64,000 nucleotides of DNA. Origin: Hormiphora californensis. Lineage: Eukaryota; Animalia; Ctenophora. Under the pieces are notes generated by a model, which saw only the letters and a list, made by a program, of their open reading frames with translations, was not told the DNA's origin and made no database searches. This document shows, in pieces, positions 11,553-24,053 of the stretch (the stretch's first letter is position 1; each line of letters begins with the position of its first letter). The DNA lies in assembly GCA_020137815.1 (NCBI GenBank), contig CM035351.1:4712001-4776000 (forward strand). Reading direction: 5' to 3'. Made by a program: the position numbers and the translations under genes.

Positions 11553-14500
11553 GAGAGAGAGAGGGGGGAGTTGGTCCACCTGCCACCACCTCCTATCGGT
11601 TTCCCCCGGGCAACGGGGTCACACGGAGTACCTTTTTCCCCATCCCCTTTTCCCCCTGTTCGATTTCCAGGTCCGTGTGGCCGCGGCTGAGCGTGGCTGT
11701 GTATCAGAAATACGGAAAAAAATCAGAAAATACAAAATACAAAAACATCTTGGCAAGGCGGCCCACAGTGTATTATCGCCAACTATTATGTTCCTACCCC
11801 GCCTTCTCCGGCTCAGGGTTACCAGTGGAACAGGCATCTTCCAGCCAACTGTGGACCCCCAACGCCCCTTTATCCGCTAACCAATACTGTTTTTGTTCTA
11901 CTAGCCCCCCTAACCCACTTCTTCCATTTTTGATAGGGTTCTACATCGGAGATGATTATTTGGAACGGGGTGGCTGTCCTCTCTGGAGCGGGGTCAGCTG
12001 TCTTTACTGGAGCGGGGTCAGCTGTCCTTACTGGAGCGGGGTCAGCACTCAGCCGTCCTCTCTGGAGCGGGGTGGCTGTCCTCTCTGGAGCGGGGTCAGC
12101 TGTCTTTACTGGGGCGGGGTCAGCTGTCCTTACTGGAACGGGGTCAGCTGTCTTCTCTGGAACGGGGTGGCTGTCTTCTCTGGAACGGGGTCAGCTGTCC
12201 TTACTGGAGCGGGGCCAGCTGTCTTTACTGGAACGGGGTCAGCTGTCCTTACTGGAGCGGGGTCAGCTGTCCTCTCTGGAGCGGGGTGGCTGTCCTCTCT
12301 GGAGCGGGGTCAGCTGTCTTTACTGGAGCGGGGTCGGCTGTCTTTACTGGAGCGGGGTCAGCTGTCCTTACTGGAACGGGGTCAGCTGTCTTCTCTGGAA
12401 CGGGGTGGCTGTCTTCTCTGGAACGGGGTCAGCTGGCTTCTCTGGGACGGGGTCAGCTGACTTTTCTGGAACGGGGTCAACTGGCTTCTCTGGAACGGGG
12501 TCAGCTGGCTTCTCTGGAACGGGCTGGCTGTCCTCTCTGGCTCGACTTGTTATCATCTTCCATTTGTGTTATTTTAATTTATTTTTCGCTCGAACCCGTT
12601 CCTGCTTGTTTTAGGCTGCCTTAGATTCAGGGGGTTGCTTTCAGTTTGATAAGTTGTCTTTTGAATTCAGCTTTAGCAGTTTGGGCCTTTTTGGGCAGAT
12701 AGTTTTTAGGGGCCCTTTTGGGCTCCGTCCCCCAGAGTTTAACCCCCTTTTTTAACCCATATGACATTTTTAAATTTTTCCCCGTAGTACATTGTTCTAC
12801 CTACCCTCCCTTTACCCGGGGCCCCTCGGGACCCGGGTCCCGGGGGTTTTAACCCTGCTCGCATGGGGCCCAAACGGCCAGGGGGGAAGGGGGGTGGTTG
12901 TAGTGGGAAGAGGAGAGAGAGAGAGGGGGAGGGGAGAGGGGGGAGAGAGAGTGAGAGGGGGGGAGAGTGAGAGGAGAGTGAAAAAGTGAGAAAAAGAGAG
13001 GGGAAATGGACAAAAACCAAAAGGGGAACTTGGGTGAGGGGGGGGTTTTTTAAGTACCTTTCCCTTTTCCCCGTCTAAGCACCAGAAAAACCTTACCCTT
13101 AACCCAAAAAAAGGGCCGAAAAAGGGCCCCCCCGCGCTCAGGGGCGAAAAGGAAGGGGAGCGCGGGGGGCCAGGCAAACCTTTTCCCCGGCATTTTTTTT
13201 TTTTTCCCCTGCTCTTCTCTTCCCCCACCCCCCGCCATTTCTGGTGGGGGTAAAAAAAAGGTCGTCCCCTCCCCCGGAAACCTATTTGCGCAGACAGGAT
13301 CTCTCGTCCGTGATTGTGTGGGGGGTTACCTACAACTAATATGTCCCTCTACACTATCCGCCTCGTTAAACCAGTCGCGGTTAGATTCTCTCGAGAGGGT
13401 TATTTGGATTGGGGAATCGCACACAAACGACCTCCATACCACAAATAGCGAGTCCTATGGATGAGGAAGGAGTGAGGGAGAAAGAAAAAGGAGAGATAGA
13501 TAGAGATAAAACGATAGAGATAGCGTGTATGAAATGGAGTTTAGAATGATAAAGGATAAGAGTGGATGGTATAAAGAGACCGGGTTAATATAATACATGC
13601 TCATAAAGTAGCGCTGTTTAGCCCTCCTCTCTGGTGGCATGGACAGCTCACAAAAGAGAGTGGGCTAAATGTTCCGAGATAAACGGTATGTTATTATGTT
13701 CTCTCTGGGAAATTGTAGAAGATAGGTACTTAGTAGGGGGTCCCGCCGCCACAGAGCAACACAGCTAGATCTAGTGACTGCATTCATGCATGAATTTAGA
13801 ATTGTGGGGGTTTGTGTGAGCGTGGTTATGAAGAAAGGGATCTCAAGGACTCTAATTTACCATCATAAAAGAGAAAAGCTTTCTGAAATTTCCAATCTGG
13901 GATACAAATTACGAGAACATGTAGTTAATATGATATCTGTACAGAAGTAGCCAGCCCCCCTGGTGATTGCTTTTGGGGAGGCGAGCTGCTTAGTTGGAAT
14001 TTGAGATCTTCTCAGTGCTTTAGAAGTAGCCATGAGGAGGGACCCAAATTCCTTTCTACATTTTCTTGTCATGTGACCACTTTAGATTGAGAGAGGGCGA
14101 GAAAATGGCATTATACATTCGCTCTTCTGCCTAGCAGCTCAACTAAAAAGCTCAAAACTTTTTAATGCATTCATTTTCTATCAGAGATGCTATCAGAACT
14201 GCACTCTTTAATTCTCCAATTCGATTAGTTCTCTGGTGGATATTTAAAGGGGGGGAAACTTTTAAGAGCGGGCCGGGCAGATGCTTTTTTGCTTGAAAAC
14301 CCCGTGATTTTATTTAAAACCCTTTTTCCCTTTCCCTTTCCCCAAGGGGCCCCCTTTGAGTTGGGCAGAGAAATGGGCCCGGCCAAAAAAAAACAGGCCT
14401 TTTAGTTTTTTTTTTTATTTTGGGGTTTTTTGGGGTTTTCCCCTTTTGTTTTCTCCTATCTTGAGGAAAAAAGCGGAAGGAAAAAGGGAGAGAAGAAGGA

Positions 14501-17340
14501 GGAAAGCCCTTCTGGGGACCCCGTTTACCTTCCCCAATAGTTCTTGAAAAGGGGTTTTTAAACGCTATTCCAAAAAAACCCCAGGTGAATGAAACCCCGC
14601 TAAGTTTTTAAAACCTTCGGGCCCCTTTTTAGGGGGAAAAATCCAGGAACAGGGAAAAGGGAGTCCGGGGAACCGGAAGCCCGGCCGGGAGAGGGGGGAA
14701 CCGAGATGACCGGAAACCTTTTGAGGCCCCGAGAGAACAGGGCGGAATCGAAAGAGAGTTTTTTTGAGGGGGGGGGGGAGCCCCGACGGGGGGGAACCCA
14801 GGGCCCGGGGGGGGGAGCCCCCTTTTTCCCGGGAAAAGAGAAGAGGGAGGCCGGGTTTTAGAGAAAAAGTGGGAAGTTTTTGGGTGGGGAGGAAAAGAAA
14901 GAGAGAGAAAGAAAAGAAAAAAGAAGAGAAAAGAGAAAATGAATGATTGGGGGGTGGGGGATGGGGGAAGGGGGAGGGGAAGAAAAAGGGGAGAAAGAGG
15001 GGGGGGATAAGGGAAAGGGAAGGAAAGGTTTTAGAAGGAGAGGAAAAGAAAGGGAGGGGAGGGAGAGGACCCAGAGAGAGAGAAAAACGAAAATTTGGGG
15101 AAAAGGGAGAGGAGAGGAAAGGGGGGAGGAGGAGGGGGGAGGGGGGGGAGAGAGAGAGAGAAAAGGGGAAGGGGGAAAAGGAAAAAAAGTGAAAAAAAAC
15201 AGGACGCGCTTTTCACAAGATTTTTCATCCCCATCTCCCTTTCCAAAAACAAGTCCCCTTTACGTGGGGGGTTGTAAAAGGAAAAAATTGAGAAGTGAGG
15301 AAAGGGGGGAAAACAGGGGGGGGGACAGGATAAAATGGGACATGGTTTTTTTGAAAAGAAAAAAAAGGTTTTCCGGGGGTTTTTGGGGGGAAACGATAAA
15401 TAAGGGGTTTTTGGTTTTCCCCCAAAAACTTTTGGGTTTTCAGGATAACCACGGGGAACCCCTTGAATTTAAACCCAAAAACTTCCCCTTTTTTCGGTCC
15501 AAAGAAGCGGTCTATCCTTGCGAAACCCAAAAAGATTTGATGGAAAGGGCCCTATTCAGAAGGGCAGCCCCCTTTTTACAATTCAAAAAGAAAAAACGGT
15601 AAGGAGGAGGAGGGGAAAATAGAGAAATTTGAGACCATTTTAGAGATTTTAAAAAGGGGTTAAAAAACGCACGTCCGTTAAAATTTTTTTTTGTCACCTT
15701 TCTTTCCCCTTTATCGTGATGTTTATAAAAAAAGTCTTTGCCCCCCGGAGTTGCAGGGGGGGTGGGGGGGGGAAAAAAAAAACGGGAAAAAAACAAAAAA
15801 AAAAAAAATTTTTCTTTTCTCTTTTTCCTTTTTCTTTTCCCCCCCCCCCTACCTATCTTTTTAACTCTCCCCTTTTGAAAAGAAAAGGGAGGATATTTCC
15901 GGCAAAAATTAAAAGGCCCGGGGGACAAGGGTTACTGCCCTCTCAAGCCCTTTGGAAGTGGTGTAGATGCACGTCCCCCCCCTTTAAAAAAAAGGAGGAG
16001 GGGGGGCCCTGAATACTTAGTACTTTTGTCTTGTACCCAAAAGATATAAAAACAAAAAAATGGGATGATAGGAAGGAATGTCAAGGGGAGGGAGGGGTGG
16101 TTGAGAACAATTTAAAGGGAATTTAATATTCATTTCAGGGGACAAGGGTTATGGCTGTGAAAAAAGCAGGGCCAGGATTTAGGAGACACTATATCTACAA
16201 GGGGCAGGTATGTGTTGTACCCAAAATATTATAATTTCGTATGGGTTTTGAGTGGGTTTTGGGGGTGGGTTTTTTAAATGGTTTGGGAATTTTGGGGAGG
16301 AAATTGGATGTTCCCCATCTTTTGGGAGTTCTCTGGGGAGGGGTTTTTTTTTTAAAAATCCCCCCCCCCCTTTTCCAAATGAAAAGATAAGTTTTGGGAT
16401 ATGGTTCTGGAAAAAATGTGGGGGGGAAATTTTTAAAATGAAAGGGGGGGGCCCGGGGTCAGGTAGGGAGGTTTCCCGCACGGGTTGGGGTTGTGGGAAG
16501 GGGAGATGAAATTTTAGGAAAATTAAGGGGAGAAAAAAAAAAAGAAACGGATATTAGGGAACCCCTTTTTTGCGTTTTTGAAAAAGTAGAAAGGGATTTC
16601 CTTTTCTCTCTCTATCTCTTTTTTCTCTCTCTTCTTCTCTTCTTTTTCTCTTCCCCTTTTCTCTTCCTCTCCTCTCTCCCTCCCGTTGGGCCCAGCTGCC
16701 CCTGAATTTAAAAAAAATGGCTTTTCCAATCCTCCGCTTTGGCGAGGTCGGGGAAAAAAAGAAAAAGGGGGGGGGTGTTTTAAAAAGTTTAAAAAAGCGG
16801 GTTTGCCTGGGGTTTTTCCGGCTTCTCTCAGCCATTGGAAAAATAAAAGGGTTTCCCGGGGGGAGTTTCCAAGCCCCGATTTGAAAGGGAAAGGGGGAAA
16901 TTTAATTTTAAAAAAATAGAGACTTTCCAGCCATCCCGGGAGAGGGTTGGGGGCTCGGCCCTGGGAGGGAGGGGGGGAGTGTGTTGCGAAAAAATTTGTG
17001 GGAATTTTAGAAAAAAGAAAAAAAAGGGGGGGGTTTAGATGGGAAAGGGGGTTTTAGCCATATTGGGGGAAAATAAGAAAACTGAAATTTTTAGTTGGGA
17101 AGAGGGTGGGAAGGAATTTAAAAAAAAAGAAAGAAAGGGGGGGAATGGGAAATTTTTAAATTAAAAAGGATAGACAGAAGGAGAGGGACAGAGAGAGGGG
17201 GAGGCTAGGAAGGGATAGAGACTGTGGGATATGCTACAGCTGTCCCATTGTCCCATTGTTTCACACTGCTGCGTCTGGGACACAGTGTTTCTGGGTGTCA
17301 ATCAACTTTAATCTTTGATCCTTTGTCACTCTCTCTCTCA

Positions 17341-17372
<32 letters not shown>

Positions 17373-17390
17373 GCTCTCGCGCCTCTCTAG

Positions 17391-17483
<93 letters not shown>

Positions 17484-17611
17484 AGCACGACATTGTCTCA
17501 CATGGCCACCAACAGAACATGTCATGCAGCACTATGTGTGTATATGTAGCTACTGCTGCAGGGGGGTTTACAGTAAACAGGCCGATTAATTAAACTTTAA
17601 GTGTCCTTATT

Positions 17612-17706
<95 letters not shown>

Positions 17707-17904
17707 GAGGGAGTGAGAGAGAGTGATAGAGAGATGGGGATGTTAGAGGGCTAGTCCAGTGGGAGCTACATCCCTCCCCTGAGGAGAGAATATATGATTG
17801 CACGTCTTCCTTGTCCATACATCCTCTCATGAACAACAAGGCCGAGTTATTGTTAACAGATCAGAGTTCTCTATCTATCTATTTTTCTCTCTCTCTTTCT
17901 CTCC

Positions 17905-17966
<62 letters not shown>

Positions 17967-18407
17967 CCACTACACGCACCACTCCCACATGGGGCCGTGA
18001 GGCCCCATGCGAGAGCAGGGTTAAATCCCCCGGACCCGGATCCTGTTGGATCTGAGGGCCCGGAGGGCCTGCGGAGTAAAGGTAGGGTAGGTAGAACAAT
18101 GTACATACGGGTAAATTTAACAATGTACATATGGGTTAAGTAAAGGGGATGATATTAAAAAGGGGGAAGTAAAGTGGGATTAAAGCTCATGGTGACGGAG
18201 CACAAGACCTCTTAAACTATCTGCAAAGAAGCCCAAACTGCTACAATGAATTCTCTCTCCCTCTCTCTCTTTTTTCTCTCTCTTTCGCTCAAGAGTATGT
18301 ATCTCTATTTCTCACCCTATTTCTTGTTACGTGTGTATCTTGCAGACACACAGCAACAAGAATCCAGGTATACACACAAAAAACAGGAAGTATGCGCCAC
18401 ACTCTAG

Positions 18408-18452
<45 letters not shown>

Positions 18453-21400
18453 TCTCTCTTCTCCTCTCTCCCAAAATTGAGGGGGAGCCCTTCAGGGGGG
18501 GGTAGGGAGGTGGAGGGTGGTAGGAAACCTTCATTAACGTTCTAATTTGCGCTGTCTGAATAACCTCTTTTACCTCTCTCAGAGGGAGGATATCTTGTTA
18601 AAGTCGGACAGGGCCTCTCGACCAGTACCATACACTCAAGTAATGTCGCCGCCGGACCTAGTGGCACCATTCTATCCCTGACAATGAATTCTGATAAAAC
18701 TGTATTGTATGCCCTCTCTGAATCGTGGGTGACTCGGGTACCAATCGAGCAGCAGGATGCCTGCCTTCACGCTACAACATGCAGGTGAACTATGACAGAG
18801 AGAGACAGCTGTTGCTGCAGGCGCACTGTATGTTGTTCTGAGCGTCGCGCGCGGTGCTCAATCTGTAGAGTAGCGCGCGCTGGGGCGGTTTATTCAACAC
18901 TGCAAAACACGTGAAGGCTTGCCCCTCGCTGATAACCTAGCTATATGGGCCCTGGGGAGACGGTTCCAAGGCCTTCACCTTCAATGACACTGGCCTATAA
19001 TAATCCCATCCCCCTCAGTGAGTGCCTGGACCTGTATTACCCGTACTGTAACTGGTGCAAGACCGCTAATGAGATGCGATGTGTTGCCCTAACCACCGAA
19101 TGTCCCATGACGGATCTTGTTCGACCCACTGAAACTTGTAGAGCTTTACCAACGTGAGTATTAATATAGTTCTTAACTGAGCTATCGGGAGTGTCCTAGC
19201 CATAGTCCGCATCCTAAAAGTCATAGGATGCGGACTAGTCATAGTATGACCATTACTTATTTGATACTTGGTTCGGTCTCCTCAATCATTCGAGTGACCG
19301 GCTCCAAGTATCTCGCTCGTAGCGACGTGAGCTGTCTCCATTCATTTCTGTTCTCTGCAGTGTTAGTAATAGCACGGAGAGACTGGGATTGACTATCAAC
19401 CGATCTAATTTTTTATTTCACAGGTTTAGCAAGGAGCCTGGTGATGTTGTGATAAGGAAGGGAAGGAAGGCTGTTCTCTCCTGTAGTGGAAGGGATGGAG
19501 AGGTTGGGGTGTGGGAGAGAGAGGACGGGGCACCGATATCTCGATCTGCTCGACACACAAAGACCTCACTCATCATTCCCTCGGTAGGATTTATATCCCA
19601 GTTTTTCTAAAATTCTACCCATTTTGCATCGTGTAAACCCTGGCAGTTCTAGCATGGTCAGTCATCCACAGCCCTATTTTAACACCTCACCCCATCCTAA
19701 TCCCCCTCTCAATTACCAGGTCCAACTATCAGATATGGGAGTGTATCTTTGTGTCCTGAACAACACAAGTGGTAAGGTCTCAGTCAAGGGGTACCTAGAA
19801 GTTACAGAGTCCCCCTACTTTATAATGCAGCCGGAGAACATATCAGCCTTTGAGGAAGATATCAATATTGAACTGCAATGTCAGGCTAGCGGCAGTCCCA
19901 AGCCAAATGTAAGTGAAATTTTGGAAGCGGATTTAAGTTTGGTAACGAAGTTACCCCTCCCTTGCCAGCGCGATGGGGTTCTCGATGTTTTGAAGTGGTG
20001 TTTCTGAACAGACCTAGCTGTTTTTTCCTGTAGCTGCTGCTGTGAGAACAGTTTTACTGGGGTGGGGTTGTCAGCTGTCGCGGTGGTATATTGCGACACA
20101 TAGTGCTGTCACCTACCACCCTCAGGGCAATTCAATACCCTCCTGCCCTATTAGTATTTACCCCTCCCTCTTCCACAGATCAAATGGTTTAAGAAGGGTG
20201 GCCAAGTTCCCGATGGCTCTGAGTTGACTTTCGACGGGTTTCTAAAGATTTACCGGGTGCTAAAAGAGGACGAGGGGTATTACTGGTGTGAAGCGGAGAA
20301 TGAGGTTGACAGTATTGTTAGCAGGGAAGCATATCTCACCATATCAGGTGTGTATAACAAGTATAGGAACACATTATTTTGTCCGTTATACTCGGGTCTA
20401 ATTTCGGATAAGAATAGTCAAGTACTACGTGTATTACAAAGTAATACAAGTTTTTAATTTTTTACTAATAGTTTCATGCTTTCGCAATCGTCTGACGATT
20501 GCGAAAGCATGAAACTATTAGTAAAAAATTAAAAACTTGTATTACTTTGTAATCAGCTCCAGAATCTTGATCCTGTCGAGCGCTTTACCAGCAATCCCTT
20601 TATAAGCAAAGATACTACGTGTATTATGTATCGAAGTTTTGTCTTTGAGATATCATGAATGTGATCTGATCTGGGAAATAAGATTATTTGTTTGGCTATT
20701 ATCCGATAGTTGAAACCTATAACTAACCACAATCTTGACAGTAACAGTTCTCCCCCTGTCCTCCCTATTTCTACACACATCTAACTGACAGTAACAGTTC
20801 TCCCGTGTCCCCCAGAAGGTATGATGGAGAAGACAGAAGAGCAGGGTAACGATGACTCAGTCCCCACTATGACCCTTGTGGGCATGATTATTGCAATTGT
20901 CGTCAGTGCGTTCCTGTGTTTCCTAGTTGGCATGATAGCCCATAAACTGTACCGGAGACATAGGAAGAAAACGGTGAGTTGACCTCAGTTTACTCTGTCA
21001 GGCACTGCACTGACCACTCTTCAGCTGCACGCTCAGAAGAGTGGTCAGGCTGACAGTGCACTTGCTGCTGGAGATAATTCATATTGAACATTGATCAAGC
21101 TGCTATTCCCAATAAGAATACACTTGCTAATAACCCATGTGTTTCTACAGGATGGAACAGTTTCCCAGACCCCTGCTGGACCGGCCATGGCCCGTGGACA
21201 GTGGACCCCAGTCAACACCCTACCCTACCAGATATACCGGCCTCAAGAGTGGGGTGCAGACAGGATGTACCCCAACTACCACAACCAGACCACACTGAAC
21301 GCTCCTCCCCTCCCTCTCAGACCTGGTATGTTGTCATCTTGCAGTGAGAGTATATCACTGTACTATGGTGGTTTTGTAGTGGGACGGTACCTCTCGGGTT

Positions 21401-21846
21401 TATAAACAATATAGCCAGATTGAGATTGATATAGTGCCGATTGAGTGTGTTGTTACCCTCCAACATTCTAAACGTGTTTCTTTTCAGACCTAATGGCCCA
21501 GATGGCCCGACTGGATAGCGTCTACCTTGAAGAGGATGAGGCGCCCCCCGCATACGATGACCGGCACACAGACAGTCCTCCCCTTCTCCCACCAACCCCA
21601 GTCTCCCTGCAAGGCCCACCCGTCTGCTTCAACCGCTACACGCCTCCACAGTTCAACACTTGTCCATCAGGACCCCATTACGCTTCGGTAGGGGGCGACT
21701 ATGCCGTGATAACGGCACCCGCCCCCACACAGAGACAGTACAGCATGGACTTGAGAGCTTTTACCGCACACCCCTCTTCTAATTCCACTAACACAGACAA
21801 TAGTGGGGCCGGCCTCGGTGTGGGGCCAAACCATAGTGTTATCTGA
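10983..21846 (+). CDS. Transmembrane semaphorin, Sema-PSI-Ig-Ig-TM-Pro-rich tail (5' incomplete). Exons: 10983-11112, [unresolved], 18583-18784, 19019-19153, 19424-19583, 19721-19908, 20179-20347, 20816-20973, 21151-21325, 21489-21846
   Basis: Sema-like GSILCSFTIATIDNAFRGPY and LYALSESWVTRVP; PSI CLHATTCSECLDLYYPYCNWC; two I-set Ig domains (DMGVYLC; LQCQASGSPKPNIKW...DEGYYWC); TM LVGMIIAIVVSAFLCFLVGMIA followed by RRHRKK. Confidence 0.85.
11960..12540. repeat. 23/24-bp VNTR (CTGGARCGGGGTCAGCTGTCYTYW)
   Basis: About 24 tandem units; explains the repetitive ORFs in all three + frames. Confidence 0.9.
17963..18254 (+). repeat. Dispersed repeat embedded in (TC)n; inverted copy at about 12660-12905
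   Basis: Shared GGCCCCATGCGAG, GCAGGGTTAAA, GGGTAGGTAGAACAATGTAC, AACTATCTGC, GCCCAAACTGCTA and GAATTC on opposite strands. Confidence 0.75.
20433..20553. repeat. Perfect 121-bp palindrome (60-bp arms, 1-nt centre) in a semaphorin intron
   Basis: 20433-20492 is the exact reverse complement of 20494-20553. Confidence 0.95.
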
Positions 21847-22959
21847 AAGGGTTCAGAGAGGTGGCGTGTTTTAGAATTTTTGTTATGTTGTGTTTCTCAA
21901 GTGTGAGAGAGAGTTCGAGTGAGTTGGCCCAGCTGTGTGCCACTTGATGACCCAATTCAGACACACTATTTGCTCACAGTCACGAGTTGGGTTGCCAAAA
22001 ATGTGGCACACAGATAACTATATCTGAGAGGTTCCAGATATATAAATTAACTTATTGAATGATATATCGAGATATATTATACCGTTTATTGGCCCATCCG
22101 GTTATACATAATACTATCAATACAAACTGTTCTGTAAGAATACGATTTCCTGTGAAAATACTGCTGCCATAGCAACCTTTTTTTTTGTAAAACTCATATT
22201 ATCCTATAAATACTTTAACATCCTAACATTATTCGTGCACTATTATTTACATTTATTTTAATGCCCAGTGCAACGAACCTTTTTCATAAATGCCTTATTA
22301 TTATTTTTTTGAATTTTCAATCTTTATTCAAAAGACAATTCAAGTCAGACCGTACGTACTTTTAAATTTAAATTTACGTACAATTTACAAGGTCCTAAGT
22401 TAGATGGGGTTTTACTGATAAACTATTTCGGGGTATTCTGAACAGTCATATCAGATGAAACCCCTTCTAATCGCCCTTTTATTTCCTATCAACGTTTGCT
22501 TTTTTAACCCGTGGTACCCAGAAATGTTTAGTGGGTGTTTGAGAGGGTAATTGTTAGTTTCCCAAAACAAAAACTGGGCAGAAAGGGATGGTTTTTTGGG
22601 GAGTTTTTGTGCTGTTGCTGCTGTTAACACAATTATCACGGCATCGGAGAGAGAATTGTCACTACAGTGTGATATTGTACTCATGAGTATAACCATTCTG
22701 ATCTGATGCTATGTAAATATTTCAAAAAGAAAATTAACGTGTTTTTATTTGTTTGACTTTGGGATGCGAATGCGATGCGGGTCTCTTTCTCACTATATTT
22801 TCCATATCGAGGGCCAAAATGATGCACGTATCAGCTGACCTTGGTGACATATAGACACCTGGCGCACGGTGTCTATGTCACCAACAGCTGACCTAGCGGC
22901 AACAACTTATACCCAATCTGTTAGTGTAACAAATCTGAACAAAATAATAAAGAAAAGGG

Positions 22960-23820
22960 GAAGAAAATGACTGTTTAGCGGCGCCGACCCCGTTTTAACC
23001 TGTCTGGTGGCGCCGACCCAATCTGAGTGCACTGTCGCGAGAATTCAAATGGGGTATCATAACATCAACTAACCCTGTACGCTGCCAGACAGATATTGAT
23101 TCTCAATTCAACAATCAACAGATTGGTTCGGCCATGCCAGACAGATCAAAACTTACTCAACAAATCAAAACGGTCAATATAAATAGTAATCTCTATACGG
23201 GGTCACACTAATCCTTTCTCGGACTGCATGGCATTGGCGAATGTCATTGTCACTGCCAATAATCTGATCACAGTTCTCATCTGAAAGAAATGAGAATAGG
23301 GTCAGGCGGCAGGCCAATGCAATGTTCTGACAGGTCTGGCGGCATCAACACACTCAGTGCTGCAAGTGCACGCTCAGATTAGGTTTTGAGAATCAAAACG
23401 GGGCTGGCTACGCCAGACACTTCTCACATGTTTCGCTCAGTGAGTCAGTGAGGAGAGCGGTCAGACATCACATTGACGGGGGACCCACTGGTCAGTGTCG
23501 ACTTTGCCCAATGCCCGCGTAGTATAGTATAGGGGATCGCCTTTGGGCGCGAGAAAATGAGGGGCACGACGTGCCCAAGTGTCGACTGCTCTCCCAGACC
23601 CTTCCAGTGACTCTTTTCAATGACCAAACCATGACACCGCTTTCTCGTTTTGAAATTTCAATCTGCTGACGAACAATTCGGAGCAAACTATCTGATTCGG
23701 GGCTATCTGACTGGACAGGCCCCGTTTTGATCGACAGTGTGCTCAGACCTGTCTGGCGGCGCCGACCGGCTCATATCAATCATCGGGTCGGCACCGCCAG
23801 ATAGGCTGTCAGGCCAATGC
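22960..23820. repeat. Decayed repeat with multiple CTGTCTGGCGGCGCCGACC-like motifs in both orientations
   Basis: Motif copies near 22975, 23000, 23335, 23750 and inverted near 23785. Confidence 0.5.
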
Positions 23821-24053
23821 TCTGACAGCAGACAGGCGGTATATGAGTATGACACGACGTCAACTTTGTCGCATAGTAGCCATATAGCAACATCAGGAAT
23901 GTACGAGAAAGCGTTGCCAGTTCAACCAATTCCAAAAGTCAGAGATTTTAATTGATCAAAACGATATAATCGTTAAATATTTTAAACATCGATTAAAACA
24001 GTCTTTGTGACAAACACTCTCAATGTCTCTATATATCTTGTTGAGTAACATCT

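Noticed and set aside
11549-12624. 303-aa and 220-aa repeat ORFs, and a PVPEK-repeat protein
   Set aside because: Mixed 23/24-bp units break frame, so it is treated as a VNTR within a repeat element
8940-17200. Many Lys/Gly/Phe/Pro-rich ORFs
   Set aside because: Products of homopolymer-inflated low-quality sequence and microsatellites
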